Shown piece by piece: positions 47,081 through 56,742 of a stretch of DNA of 64,000 nt. Position 1 is the first letter of the stretch. Each line of letters begins with the position of its first letter. Source of the stretch: a bacterium (GTDB lineage: Bacteria > Patescibacteriota > WWE3 > 2-01-FULL-39-13 > JAACPI01); the NCBI GenBank assembly GCA_009995545.1, contig JAACPI010000002.1, positions 2,965 through 66,964 of the forward strand. The letters run 5' to 3'. The position numbers were made by a program, and so were the translations under genes. A model generated the notes under the pieces. The model worked only from the letters and a program-made list of their open reading frames with translations. It ran no database searches and had not been told where the DNA came from.

Positions 47081-47122
47081 TTTAACCCTTCCCTGCCTTT
47101 TGGCAGGGTTAGGTTAAAAATT
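47081..47122 (-). terminator. Terminator/stabilising hairpin after the small WxL gene
   Basis: tttaacc..ccctgcc-tttt-ggcaggg..ggttaaa nested inverted repeat. Confidence 0.65.
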
Positions 47123-47133
47123 TTACTTAACTA

Positions 47134-47751
47134 CTAAATTCTAGTAACAATTACTTCACCTGTGTAAGAACCAGCTTCTTGGTTAGGATCTACAATAAGA
47201 TCGAAACCCATATCTAGTTGGTAATTACCTTGTCCATATCCAGAACTTGCAACCATAACGGAGAAAGCGTCAGAGACTCCATCCCCAACTGTAGTAGCGT
47301 CAGTAATCACAGAACCTGTTCCAGCGGAAACATTAGTAATGTCTGTACCTGTAGCAGGAGTTACTGTACTAAAGTTATTAGAGAAATTAGTAACAGGTAT
47401 AATAATTCCCGTAGGGGAACCGGCAACCTGTTGCGCTAATTCCGAAATAGTAGCTGTAACACTCCAACCTGCTGGTGTATTAGCACCACGTGCATCATCC
47501 ACCTCAACTAAGATATCGCTAGTGTCATTACCTGCAGACAAACCAGTGTAGGTTTGTTGTTGGATTGTTGACACAGTAATAGCATGTAACCCCGCCGTAG
47601 GATCTACAGTAAGAGTAAAATTACCCTGATTAATGGTTAACGAAAGGTTAGTGGAATCTACAGTAACATCTGCTGCGTAAGCAGGTATTGCAACTATAAG
47701 TGTAAGAACTAGAGATAACACAATAGCCATAGATGTTTTTTTATAGGCCAT
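47134..47751 (-). CDS. Small secreted WxL-domain protein
   Basis: Signal peptide ending AYA; VDDARGANTPAGWSVT; LIVDPNQEAGSYTGEVIVT; ATG at 47751 after a perfect SD aaaggaggtga. Confidence 0.78.
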   Translation of the reverse strand: MAYKKTSMAIVLSLVLTLIVAIPAYAADVTVDSTNLSLTINQGNFTLTVDPTAGLHAITVSTIQQQTYTGLSAGNDTSDILVEVDDARGANTPAGWSVTATISELAQQVAGSPTGIIIPVTNFSNNFSTVTPATGTDITNVSAGTGSVITDATTVGDGVSDAFSVMVASSGYGQGNYQLDMGFDLIVDPNQEAGSYTGEVIVTRI

Positions 47752-48127
47752 GTATATCACCTCCTTTGGGCAGAAGTTTGTAAAGCATTACCTATATTAG
47801 AATACAGAGCATACTAAACTGTCAAGGTAGTCAATGACACAATTTTTATAAAAGGCCTTCACACATAGACGTAATATGACTCTAACAATATTGTACCTGT
47901 ATATTTTATATGTAGTAAATACTGACTCAAACAACATGCCCTTATGTCTTTCATATACAAATAATACTTATACATTAAGTATCTATAAAATATCTAATAT
48001 GACTCATTTAATTTTATCTACTATAACTATAGGTAATAATTAAAAAAGAGTCTTTTTAAGCGCTCAAGTAATTTAACACAGAATCATTACATTGCGAAGT
48101 TTGAGATTGTAAATCATAATAATATTA

Positions 48128-49375
48128 ATGAACCTTGCTCTTAAAAATGGAGATTTATGCCAAATCCCAAATAAATTAAATGAGTACGTTGAGAATATTT
48201 TTGAAATAGCTAAAGGCAATAATTTCCTATCTGAGGAATCATCGATAAATCTTTCTACCAACTCGCCCTATTTAAAAGAGGTCGTTGAATGTATAGGTAA
48301 ATTTAAAGGTAAAAAATACGACTACATAGTAGTAATTGGAATAGGTGGATCTAATTTAGGAACAAAGGCAATTTATGATGCAATCTTTGGACATTTTGAT
48401 TTAATAGAACCGGAAAGATTTCCTAAAATAATATTTTTAGACACCACTAACGGTAACTATATCCACAAGTTAATCTCCCTTTTAAAATTTAATAAAAATG
48501 TTTTTGTTAACTTGGTAACCAAATCTGGATCCACTACAGAATCTATAGTGAATTTTGAGGTATTAATGGCTAAATGCCCCTCAATTAGAAACGATTTAGT
48601 GGTAACTACCTCGAAAGACAATAATTTATGGGAAAGTTGTCAGAGTAAAAACATCGATTTATTAAGTATACCTAGCAAGGACGGAGGTAGATACTCAGTT
48701 TTTAGCGGCGTAGGATTACTTCCTTTAAGCTTAGCGGGTATCAGTGTTAAAGAACTACTAGGAGGAGCTAGGGAGGCCTTAAAAAAGAGCATAGACCCCT
48801 CCGCCACTAACCCTGCTGTTCAGTCTGCACTTTATATCTATAGAAACTACACTGCAGGTAAAAATATTTACAATCATTTTTACTTTAATCCAGAGTTGGA
48901 ATCATTAGGTAAGTGGCAAATACAGCTACTGGCAGAAAGCCTAGGAAAAGAGGGTAAGGGGTTTACCCCGACAATCTCTATAGGAACAACGGATCTGCAT
49001 TCAGTAATGCAGTTATATGTAGGGGGAGCAAAAGACAAATTCTTTACCTTGGTTTCTACCAAAAATACCAAAAACGATATTACAATTGAAACCCCATTTA
49101 CTATAGATAAAAGTTTTACTGGTCAATTGGAAGGCAAGACTATCGATGAAGTAACTAAAATAATTTTAGAAGGAGTTAAGCAGACTTTCGTGAAAAAACT
49201 ACTACCATTCAACGAGATTATTTTAAATGAAATATCTGAGCGATCTTTAGGAGAGTATATGCAATTTAAAATGCTAGAAACAATGTACCTTGGAAATTTA
49301 ATGAATGTAAATGCCTTTGATCAACCAGACGTGGAAGGTTACAAATCAGAAACCCGGCATTTATTGGAAGGATAA
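48128..49375 (+). CDS. pgi: Glucose-6-phosphate isomerase
   Basis: GIGGSNLG, TKSGSTTE, GGRYSV, QLLAESLGK, DLHS, FDQPDVEGYK. Confidence 0.95.
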   Translation: MNLALKNGDLCQIPNKLNEYVENIFEIAKGNNFLSEESSINLSTNSPYLKEVVECIGKFKGKKYDYIVVIGIGGSNLGTKAIYDAIFGHFDLIEPERFPKIIFLDTTNGNYIHKLISLLKFNKNVFVNLVTKSGSTTESIVNFEVLMAKCPSIRNDLVVTTSKDNNLWESCQSKNIDLLSIPSKDGGRYSVFSGVGLLPLSLAGISVKELLGGAREALKKSIDPSATNPAVQSALYIYRNYTAGKNIYNHFYFNPELESLGKWQIQLLAESLGKEGKGFTPTISIGTTDLHSVMQLYVGGAKDKFFTLVSTKNTKNDITIETPFTIDKSFTGQLEGKTIDEVTKIILEGVKQTFVKKLLPFNEIILNEISERSLGEYMQFKMLETMYLGNLMNVNAFDQPDVEGYKSETRHLLEG

Positions 49376-49380
49376 AAACT

Positions 49381-50895
49381 TTAAAAAATAGCGCTAGAAA
49401 GACTTTTTAAAACTTCCGCTTTTCCAAGCAGGTATAAAGACTCAAACAACGGTGGGCTTATTTTACTTTTAGCTACAGCGACTCTAATAGGGTAAAAAAC
49501 ATCCCCAACGCTCCAACCTAAATCAGTGGCTTTTAAAACTAAATCTTTTTCTAAAGCTTTTAGATTATCAATTGTCCAATCAGTATTTTCAAACAAACTT
49601 TTAACCCAGATAAGATGGCTATTAACATCTTCTTTAGATTTTTTGTTATATAGTAACTCAAAATCTAATTTAGTCTCTTTAATTAAAAAATCGTTTAAGG
49701 GCAAAATATCTTCAAATTTTTTAATTCTCTCTTTATTTATGTTAATCCAAAGTATCTTTTTTTCTTCACTTAAACTAGATATAAAATTCTTTAATAAAAC
49801 ATAATCATCGGATTTCCAATAGGTTGAGTACTCTGAAACTCCCGAGTATTTAGAATCAATACAGTAATCTAGCCAATCAGTTATTTTTTTAAGTAATTCT
49901 TTATCGGTAAGCTTTCGTATATATTCACCGTTCATCCAGATTAGTTTTGTAAGATCAAAACGTGGGCTTGCGGCTGATAAATCTTTTAATTCAAAAAATT
50001 TAGTAAACTCCACAAAATCAAAAAATTCTTTTCCCTCGGGATGACTCCAACCCAATAAGGAAATAAAATTTAAAATTGCTTCAGGAAGGTATCCACCCCT
50101 TTTGTACCAATCAACACCCGCGTGTCCGTCTCGTTTACTAAGCTTTTTACCATTGTGCATATTGATAATTGCCGGGGTGTGAACTAGTATAGGCATTTTC
50201 CAACCAAACATGTCATACAAAACTTTATGTTTAGGCGCACTGCTAATCCATTCTTGAGCACGTATTATATGAGTTATCTCCATTAAATGGTCATCTACTA
50301 CTACAGCCAAATGGTAAGTTGGAAAACCATCTGCCTTTAAAATTACTTGATCATCAATTGTATTCGAGTCAAATTCTATCTCTCCTCTTACTACCTCATT
50401 GATAGTTATTTTTTTATTTTTAGGCATCTTCATTCTTACCACATAAGATTCACCCGCTAAAACTCTGCTTTTAGCCTCTTTAGGATCCAAGTTTCTACAG
50501 TGACCGTCGTACATAGGAATTCTCTTTTCTTTCGTGGCTATTTCACGCACACTTTCTAACCTTTCTTTTGTGCAAAAGCAGTAATAGGCATCTCCTTGAG
50601 CAATTAATTGATCTACATATTTTTTATAGATCTCTAGCCTCTCAGATTGTCTGTAGGGACCGTACTCTCCACCTAAGGTTACACCTTCTTCAGGTCGCAG
50701 TCCAAACCACTCAAGGGCCTCTAACACGGCTTCCTCAGCGCCTTTTACATATCGAGCTCTATCCGTATCTTCAGACCTAAAAATAAAACTCCCTTTATGT
50801 TTTAAAGCCCAGGCTTTATCAAAAAGCACCTGATAAATTGTACCTAAATGTATAAAACCGGTGGGACTGGGAGCTACTCTTGTTCTTACAGTCAT
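49381..50895 (-). CDS. gltX: Glutamate--tRNA ligase
   Basis: RTRVAPSPTG, HLGT, KLSKR, SPPLF; true start MTVRTR at 50895. Confidence 0.96.
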   Translation of the reverse strand: MTVRTRVAPSPTGFIHLGTIYQVLFDKAWALKHKGSFIFRSEDTDRARYVKGAEEAVLEALEWFGLRPEEGVTLGGEYGPYRQSERLEIYKKYVDQLIAQGDAYYCFCTKERLESVREIATKEKRIPMYDGHCRNLDPKEAKSRVLAGESYVVRMKMPKNKKITINEVVRGEIEFDSNTIDDQVILKADGFPTYHLAVVVDDHLMEITHIIRAQEWISSAPKHKVLYDMFGWKMPILVHTPAIINMHNGKKLSKRDGHAGVDWYKRGGYLPEAILNFISLLGWSHPEGKEFFDFVEFTKFFELKDLSAASPRFDLTKLIWMNGEYIRKLTDKELLKKITDWLDYCIDSKYSGVSEYSTYWKSDDYVLLKNFISSLSEEKKILWININKERIKKFEDILPLNDFLIKETKLDFELLYNKKSKEDVNSHLIWVKSLFENTDWTIDNLKALEKDLVLKATDLGWSVGDVFYPIRVAVAKSKISPPLFESLYLLGKAEVLKSLSSAIF

Positions 50896-51011
50896 AATGT
50901 GGCAATTATAACATGTCCCCATCGACAAGGTTAAAGAACAAGAGATAGTTACTTAAACTAAAGCAGCTCTTTGTTTTTAAGACTCTATAGATGATAGAAT
51001 AGGGTTATAAT

Positions 51012-52187
51012 ATGACTCTTAACGAAGCTGCCAAATACACCAAAAGGATTCTAGCCTACCTTCTTATATTTATGGTTTTCTACATTTTTGCAGAAAATAT
51101 GTATAAATTTTTTATGGTTGTGTATAACAAGTCATTTCCCATACCAGAAAACCCCCCTGCAATTTCTTTTGGAAAATTACCACAACCAAAAATTACTACA
51201 CTACCTGTAGAAATTAAACTGGTAAATTTTAGGAAAGAATTAACTACTGCAGGGTTCCCGGAGACTCCAAAATATATTTATGTATACCAACTTAAAAAAC
51301 CTTATGTATCCGTGGCTAAAGAGGAGAGATTTAAAACATTAGCCCAAAGTCTTGGGTTTTTTCAAGTGGCTAAAAAAGTTACAGACACTAAAAGACTCTG
51401 GGAAAACGTATCGTTAAAACAGTCTTTTAGTGCGGAAGTTTTTGAGGAAAAATATAGTTTAGAGTCAGACTATAAATTTTTAGAAACGAAGTTTAAGCCA
51501 GGGTTATCTCCATCGAAACAGGAGGCAATAGCTACAGCCAGAAACTTCTTTGTTAAAACGGGGGACTATGAGGAAGACATTAAACTAGCGGGGTACGACA
51601 CCGTAGGGGTCACAATTTCAGAAGGTGTAATTAAACAGGCGGATACACCGTACAGGGAAATATTTAAGCTCGTTTCTATTTACCCAGAAAAAGTTGCTTA
51701 CAAAAGTAGCCAGACTGACGAAAAAGGAAAAACGGTAGAAGTAGGGAATAAAATTCCAGTATTTTTTACGAACCCATTAAAATCTAATCTAAACGCCTTA
51801 GTTGCACCCAAGACAAGCTCTTCAGATGATAAATCGGTGGTAGCCGCCCAGTATAATTATTATGAAACTAACGAATCAAAAAGTTATTACCCCATAATCA
51901 GTGCGGAGCAGGCATGGGAACAACTTTTACAAGGCAACGCAAGTATGGTTATGTTAAAGAGAGACGGGGCAGATTATTTTACTAATTCAGATGTTTTGTC
52001 AGATATAGAAACAATTGATATCAGAGAAATGATTTTAGGTTATTATATGCCCACAAATTACTCGGAATACCTACAGCCAATCTATATCTTTAAGGGAAAA
52101 TTTAACACAAGGAATAGAGAGAGTGGCTCAGTATTCTTTTACCTCCCAGCACTTAGCCCACAAGTCTTAATCATTAATCAAGATTGA
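51012..52187 (+). CDS. Hypothetical membrane-anchored extracellular protein
   Basis: N-terminal TM, FGKLP, YPIISAEQAW, YLQPIYIF. Confidence 0.7.
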   Translation: MTLNEAAKYTKRILAYLLIFMVFYIFAENMYKFFMVVYNKSFPIPENPPAISFGKLPQPKITTLPVEIKLVNFRKELTTAGFPETPKYIYVYQLKKPYVSVAKEERFKTLAQSLGFFQVAKKVTDTKRLWENVSLKQSFSAEVFEEKYSLESDYKFLETKFKPGLSPSKQEAIATARNFFVKTGDYEEDIKLAGYDTVGVTISEGVIKQADTPYREIFKLVSIYPEKVAYKSSQTDEKGKTVEVGNKIPVFFTNPLKSNLNALVAPKTSSSDDKSVVAAQYNYYETNESKSYYPIISAEQAWEQLLQGNASMVMLKRDGADYFTNSDVLSDIETIDIREMILGYYMPTNYSEYLQPIYIFKGKFNTRNRESGSVFFYLPALSPQVLIINQD

Positions 52188-52481
52188 AAGAATCTCTTCT
52201 TCAATTTCCGCAAACTTTTCTTTAAAAGGAACGCTAGATACCTTAGTTGAAATAAAATCAAATACTTCATTAGAATTTTTGTGCCTATGGACAATAGATA
52301 AAAAATACACTTTATCGGATTTGGAATCCAAATGTTCTAAATAGTTTTCAACCAATCTTATTAGAATGAGGTGTTTTGTGTGATTATAAAGATCCTGCAT
52401 CTCCTCATTACTAAGGTTATTAGTGGATAAGAATAATTCTATTTTTTTAGGTGTAAACTCTGGCTCGTAGAAGAAGGTCAT
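52167..52481 (-). CDS. Hypothetical protein
   Basis: 104-aa ORF overlapping the upstream gene by 4 nt. Confidence 0.6.
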   Translation of the reverse strand: MTFFYEPEFTPKKIELFLSTNNLSNEEMQDLYNHTKHLILIRLVENYLEHLDSKSDKVYFLSIVHRHKNSNEVFDFISTKVSSVPFKEKFAEIEEEILSILIND

Positions 52482-53332
52482 AATATAGAGGTAATTAAAT
52501 TAGAACTATCTTTATTACTTATGGGTCCTAAAGGAACATCATCATATTCAGATCCGTCTAAAAATAATACTAATGCCTTACTTTTTTGACTACCATCTAC
52601 CATGTTTAAATAGGCCATTAATTCTGGGCTGCCTCCAAATTGCTTACCAGTCCATTTAGCAGGCCCCGCGTCCCCTATTGTTGCTATTACTGCCTTATTG
52701 TTAACCGGGTTATAGACTAATACTTTACGAAAACGATAAAAAGGTTTTAATGTTGACCAGTTATCGTTCCAATCGGGTATTAGATGTAATTGGGTTGCGA
52801 TGTAGTATTTTTCCTGTTCGGCGTTGTCAAAGTAACCAAATGCCCCTTTACCAGGTGCCATACCGTGGTCAGTCTCCTGAATATGGGAGGATAAATTATC
52901 ACCTGGCCACCGATACAAATGTTGCTCTTGTCCAAAGTAACCCCAGTTAGTGTTTAGCCTTTTATTATCTAGATTATGGGTAAAGGTTAAACCATAAGCC
53001 TTAGAAAGGTTAAATGAAAGTTCTTTTAGGGTTTCTTCAGAAAGATCTGCTTCTGAATTTAAAAGTTTATCCTGAGCATTTTTTAAGTCATTCTGAGAAG
53101 TTTTCTGGTTCTCCTGGACCATAACAATCTCTTTACCTAGATTGTTACCGGAGCTAGCCGCACCCCCCAATCCTCCCGAAACCATTAGAGCTCCACCTAT
53201 AGTTACTAAAGAATTATTTTTTACGGAATCTATAACTACTGGATAAGACTTTTTAAGTCTTTTTATGGCCTTTTGGTGATGTTTGCGTAGTTTACTTTTA
53301 TATTGGTGGTAAGGTGACTTTTTATTCTTCAT
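52478..53332 (-). CDS. Hypothetical membrane-associated protein with RlpA-like double-psi beta-barrel motif
   Basis: KVLVYNPVNNKAVIATIGDAGP...SPELMAYL resembles the V.V.I.DRGP...DLS motif of RlpA/DPBB. Confidence 0.55.
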   Translation of the reverse strand: MKNKKSPYHQYKSKLRKHHQKAIKRLKKSYPVVIDSVKNNSLVTIGGALMVSGGLGGAASSGNNLGKEIVMVQENQKTSQNDLKNAQDKLLNSEADLSEETLKELSFNLSKAYGLTFTHNLDNKRLNTNWGYFGQEQHLYRWPGDNLSSHIQETDHGMAPGKGAFGYFDNAEQEKYYIATQLHLIPDWNDNWSTLKPFYRFRKVLVYNPVNNKAVIATIGDAGPAKWTGKQFGGSPELMAYLNMVDGSQKSKALVLFLDGSEYDDVPLGPISNKDSSNLITSIL

Positions 53333-53355
53333 AGTTATTGTAAAGGAATACTAGA

Positions 53356-54402
53356 CTACCTAGAAAACCCTGTTGAAGTAACTTTTTGAGTTTGTAGATA
53401 GTTAATATTTAGTGTTACTGGTTTTTTTAGTTGAGCTGAGTAGATTTCAGTCAATCTCTCTACTAACTTTGGATCAAGATCACTGTCTTTTCGAAGGGTA
53501 TATTCTATTACAGCCGTTAAACTAGAATCGTAGATAGATAAATCAGATATTTTTGAATTAGGGAAAACATCTAAAGTAGTTTGCAATACGTAATTTCTTA
53601 CCTGTTGCTCCTTTATAAGAGATTTGGTAAGTGCGACTAAGGGTAGAGATATAAAAATGAGAAGAGTAAAACTCCACGCAAGATAGTTTTTTCTAATATT
53701 TTTAGTTTTATCAGAACTAACACTTGTGTAATAGCCCTCTAAAGTATAGACAGCGACAGAAGAAACTATAATAGCCAATAGGTTAGCTACATAAAGCAAA
53801 AAGGCCCCAATACTTTGCTCGTAACTTTGTGCTGCTAAAGTTAAACCTGCCACACAAAGAGGAGGAACCAGCGCTACCGAAATTGCTACCCCTCCGATTG
53901 TTGACGATATTTTTTTTGAAGAGGCCGAGTATGCACCTATGAACCCTGCACAAATACCTATAATAAGCTCTATTAAGGTTGGCTCTGTTCTGGCCAAAAC
54001 TTCATCTGAATAAATATTTAAAGGGGAAATAAATCCCACTAGCACTGCAACAAATAAAACTAGTAAAGAACCTTTAAGTATCAACAAAAAAGATTTTTGA
54101 ATAGCCATAACTCTACCTCTTGTTACGGAAAGGGAGAAGGCTAAAATTGGCCAAAGAAGGGGGGAAATTAACATCCCACCAATTACTACAGCACCACTGT
54201 TTATAATTAACCCTAAAGTTATAACAACGGAACCTAGACTAATTAAAAGGTAAAAGGGAAAAGTATCTTCAGAATTACTTAATATCTGGGTATATATAGC
54301 TTCTCTTTCCTTAGGAGTTAATCTAAAAAGTTTTTTAAAACTAGCTTTTAAAAACCCCATTCGCTCGACAGAAATATCAACCTTACTTTGTGATTTAGAC
54401 AT
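53356..54402 (-). CDS. DUF389 (TIGR00341) membrane protein
   Basis: NSGAVVIGGMLISPL, EVLARTEP, GVAISVALVPPL. Confidence 0.9.
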   Translation of the reverse strand: MSKSQSKVDISVERMGFLKASFKKLFRLTPKEREAIYTQILSNSEDTFPFYLLISLGSVVITLGLIINSGAVVIGGMLISPLLWPILAFSLSVTRGRVMAIQKSFLLILKGSLLVLFVAVLVGFISPLNIYSDEVLARTEPTLIELIIGICAGFIGAYSASSKKISSTIGGVAISVALVPPLCVAGLTLAAQSYEQSIGAFLLYVANLLAIIVSSVAVYTLEGYYTSVSSDKTKNIRKNYLAWSFTLLIFISLPLVALTKSLIKEQQVRNYVLQTTLDVFPNSKISDLSIYDSSLTAVIEYTLRKDSDLDPKLVERLTEIYSAQLKKPVTLNINYLQTQKVTSTGFSR

Positions 54403-54443
54403 TAGTTATATTCTAAAAGAATATAACTATAAATAGAAGCAGA

Positions 54444-54869
54444 TTACCTCTTTGAATACTGTACTTTCTTTCGAGCTTTAGGTTGTGAAGTCTTTTTTCT
54501 TTCTACTTCCCTAGGGTCTCTAGTTGTAAGACCGGCTTTCTTTAGAGAATCTTTATTAGCTGGGTCAAGTTTAATTAAAGCCCTAGTAATACCTAATTGA
54601 ATAGCCTGTAATTGACCTTTAATACCCCCGCCTTGAACTAAAATTGTAGCGCTAAATTTTGATTTAGGATGAGATACCCCTACAGTATGAAAGGGTTTTA
54701 CCCAAGCTATATCATCTTCTGTAGAAGGATATATTTCCTCGATATTCTTAGAGTTAACTATAAATTCACCCTTTTTTTCATATAGCCATACTCTAGCAAC
54801 AGATCTCTTTCTTCTACCAAGACCTGAGTAGAAAGTAGGTTTTTTTGCAGTTTTCTTTTTTGTTTCCAT
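54444..54869 (-). CDS. rpsI: 30S ribosomal protein S9
   Basis: GRRKRSVARV, GGG, TRDPREVERKK, QYSKR. Confidence 0.97.
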   Translation of the reverse strand: METKKKTAKKPTFYSGLGRRKRSVARVWLYEKKGEFIVNSKNIEEIYPSTEDDIAWVKPFHTVGVSHPKSKFSATILVQGGGIKGQLQAIQLGITRALIKLDPANKDSLKKAGLTTRDPREVERKKTSQPKARKKVQYSKR

Positions 54870-54871
54870 AG

Positions 54872-55291
54872 TTATTTTGCGTTTATTTGACCCTGGTGAG
54901 GGTGTTCAGACCCTTCATAAATATATAAATTAGCCATTCTTATTTTAGCTAGACGGTTACTTGGAAGCATTCCGCTAACAGCTGTTTGAATTATAAAGTT
55001 AGGGTTCATATTTAAATAATACTCAGCATTTCTCTCTTTTAACCCACCAGCATATCCAGAATGTCGGTAATACATTTTATCAGTAACCTTTTTACCAGTA
55101 AGCACTAATTTCTTTGAATTTATAATAACTACTTTATCCCCTGTATTAAGAGTTGGGGAGTAATTAACTTTATGTTTACCAAGAAGTATTGAGGCCGCTT
55201 CCGTAGCTATTCTGCCGACACTTTTTGTACTGGCGTCCAATAAATACCAGTTATAATTTAAATCTTGTTTTTTTGTTTCTGTAGTTTTCAT
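54872..55291 (-). CDS. rplM: 50S ribosomal protein L13
   Basis: WYLLDA, GKHK, YYRHSGYAGG, GMLP, HPH. Confidence 0.97.
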   Translation of the reverse strand: MKTTETKKQDLNYNWYLLDASTKSVGRIATEAASILLGKHKVNYSPTLNTGDKVVIINSKKLVLTGKKVTDKMYYRHSGYAGGLKERNAEYYLNMNPNFIIQTAVSGMLPSNRLAKIRMANLYIYEGSEHPHQGQINAK

Positions 55292-55770
55292 TTTGTAGCC
55301 TTTTTAGTAACAACTTTCTTTTTTGAAACCTCTACTTTTTTACTTTTTTCTACTACTTTAGTTTTCTTATCAGAGTCTTTATTGTCAGTTTCCTTTTCTT
55401 TTACCAAGGCAACCTTAACCCAAGAAATCCTAGCCATAGTAGATTTATCTCCATCTCTCTTGTTTGCCTTCTGTATTGATAAAAACCCTCCGGGCCTCTT
55501 TTGATATCTTTTAGCGATATCACTGACTAATTTTTCTACTAATACACCGTCGTTATTGAGTCTTGAGAGCAAAATACGATTATTAGACAAACTTTCCTTC
55601 CTTTTAGCCCTTGTTACAAGCTTTTCTATAAAGGGTTTAACATACTTTGCTTTAGCCACAGTAGTATTTATTCCACCATTCTCTATTAGAGATTTGCATA
55701 AATTAAAGACTAAAGCTTTTCTATGTGCAGCATCTCTACCTAATTTTTTAGTTGTTACCCTATGTCGCAT
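55288..55770 (-). CDS. rplQ: 50S ribosomal protein L17 with Lys-rich C-terminal tail
   Basis: MRHR, KLGR, TTVAKAK, RPGG, RDGD. Confidence 0.96.
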   Translation of the reverse strand: MRHRVTTKKLGRDAAHRKALVFNLCKSLIENGGINTTVAKAKYVKPFIEKLVTRAKRKESLSNNRILLSRLNNDGVLVEKLVSDIAKRYQKRPGGFLSIQKANKRDGDKSTMARISWVKVALVKEKETDNKDSDKKTKVVEKSKKVEVSKKKVVTKKATK

Positions 55771-55773
55771 TTT

Positions 55774-56721
55774 TTATTCAGTTAAACCTTCTTTTTTTAA
55801 TAATTTTTTAATCTCTTGAATAGATTTTTCACCTAGGTTTCTTACACTTAATAAACGATCCTCGTCCATTACGGCTAAGTCCTTTAAAGTATTTATGCTA
55901 TGTTTTTTCAGAGCATTAATGGTTCTAGTAGGTAGATTCAACTCCTCTATTAATATTTCTCCAGCCTTTTCAGTTCTAGCATCTTCTACACTTACCTCTT
56001 GCACAATTACTTCTTCTTCCTCTATTACTACTCTGGCACCGCTAGCTAATTCTGCGAAAAAGTCTCTTAACATCCCTGCACCTTGTTTTATAGCTTCAAA
56101 AGGGGCCAATGTACCGTCTGTTTCGACTTCTAACTCGATTCTATCTAATTCGGTTTCTTTTCCCATTCTAGCTGCAGTTACCGCGTAGTTAGCAAAAATT
56201 ACGGGTGAAAATATTCTGTCTAAAACCATAACACCGACTTCTTTGTTTTCTTGCTCAGCCTCTTCCCCTGCAACATAACCATAACCATTTTTAGCATATA
56301 TATCTGCTTCAAAAGTAGTTTTGGCATCCGTAATAGTACAAATAACCAAGTCAGGATTGGAAATAGTAACTCCAGAAGGTAATTTTATATCAGAAGCTTT
56401 AACCTCTCCTACTCCTTTTTTAGATAAAACAAGTTTAACCTCATCAAAATCTTCACCGGCTATAGCAATCTTTAAGTCCTTTATTTTAAGTAAAGTGTTA
56501 AAAACGTCTTCTTTTACACCTTTAAGGGTGGAAAATTCGTGAGAAGCTCCAGAAATTTTAACTCTGGTTGGGGCTGCTCCTCTAATAGAGGAAAGTAATA
56601 TTCTTCTTAGAGAATTACCCATAGTACTTCCGTAACCTTTTGGTAAAGGACTTATAACATAAGATCCGTGAGTCGCTGTCTCTTTCTTTTTTTCGATTTT
56701 TATTTTACTTGGTGCGAACAT
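55774..56721 (-). CDS. rpoA: RNA polymerase alpha subunit
   Basis: PLPKGYGSTMGNSLRRILLSS, HEFSTLKGVKED, RNLGEKS. Confidence 0.98.
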   Translation of the reverse strand: MFAPSKIKIEKKKETATHGSYVISPLPKGYGSTMGNSLRRILLSSIRGAAPTRVKISGASHEFSTLKGVKEDVFNTLLKIKDLKIAIAGEDFDEVKLVLSKKGVGEVKASDIKLPSGVTISNPDLVICTITDAKTTFEADIYAKNGYGYVAGEEAEQENKEVGVMVLDRIFSPVIFANYAVTAARMGKETELDRIELEVETDGTLAPFEAIKQGAGMLRDFFAELASGARVVIEEEEVIVQEVSVEDARTEKAGEILIEELNLPTRTINALKKHSINTLKDLAVMDEDRLLSVRNLGEKSIQEIKKLLKKEGLTE

Positions 56722-56742
56722 ATAAAAATATAAATTTGTTAA

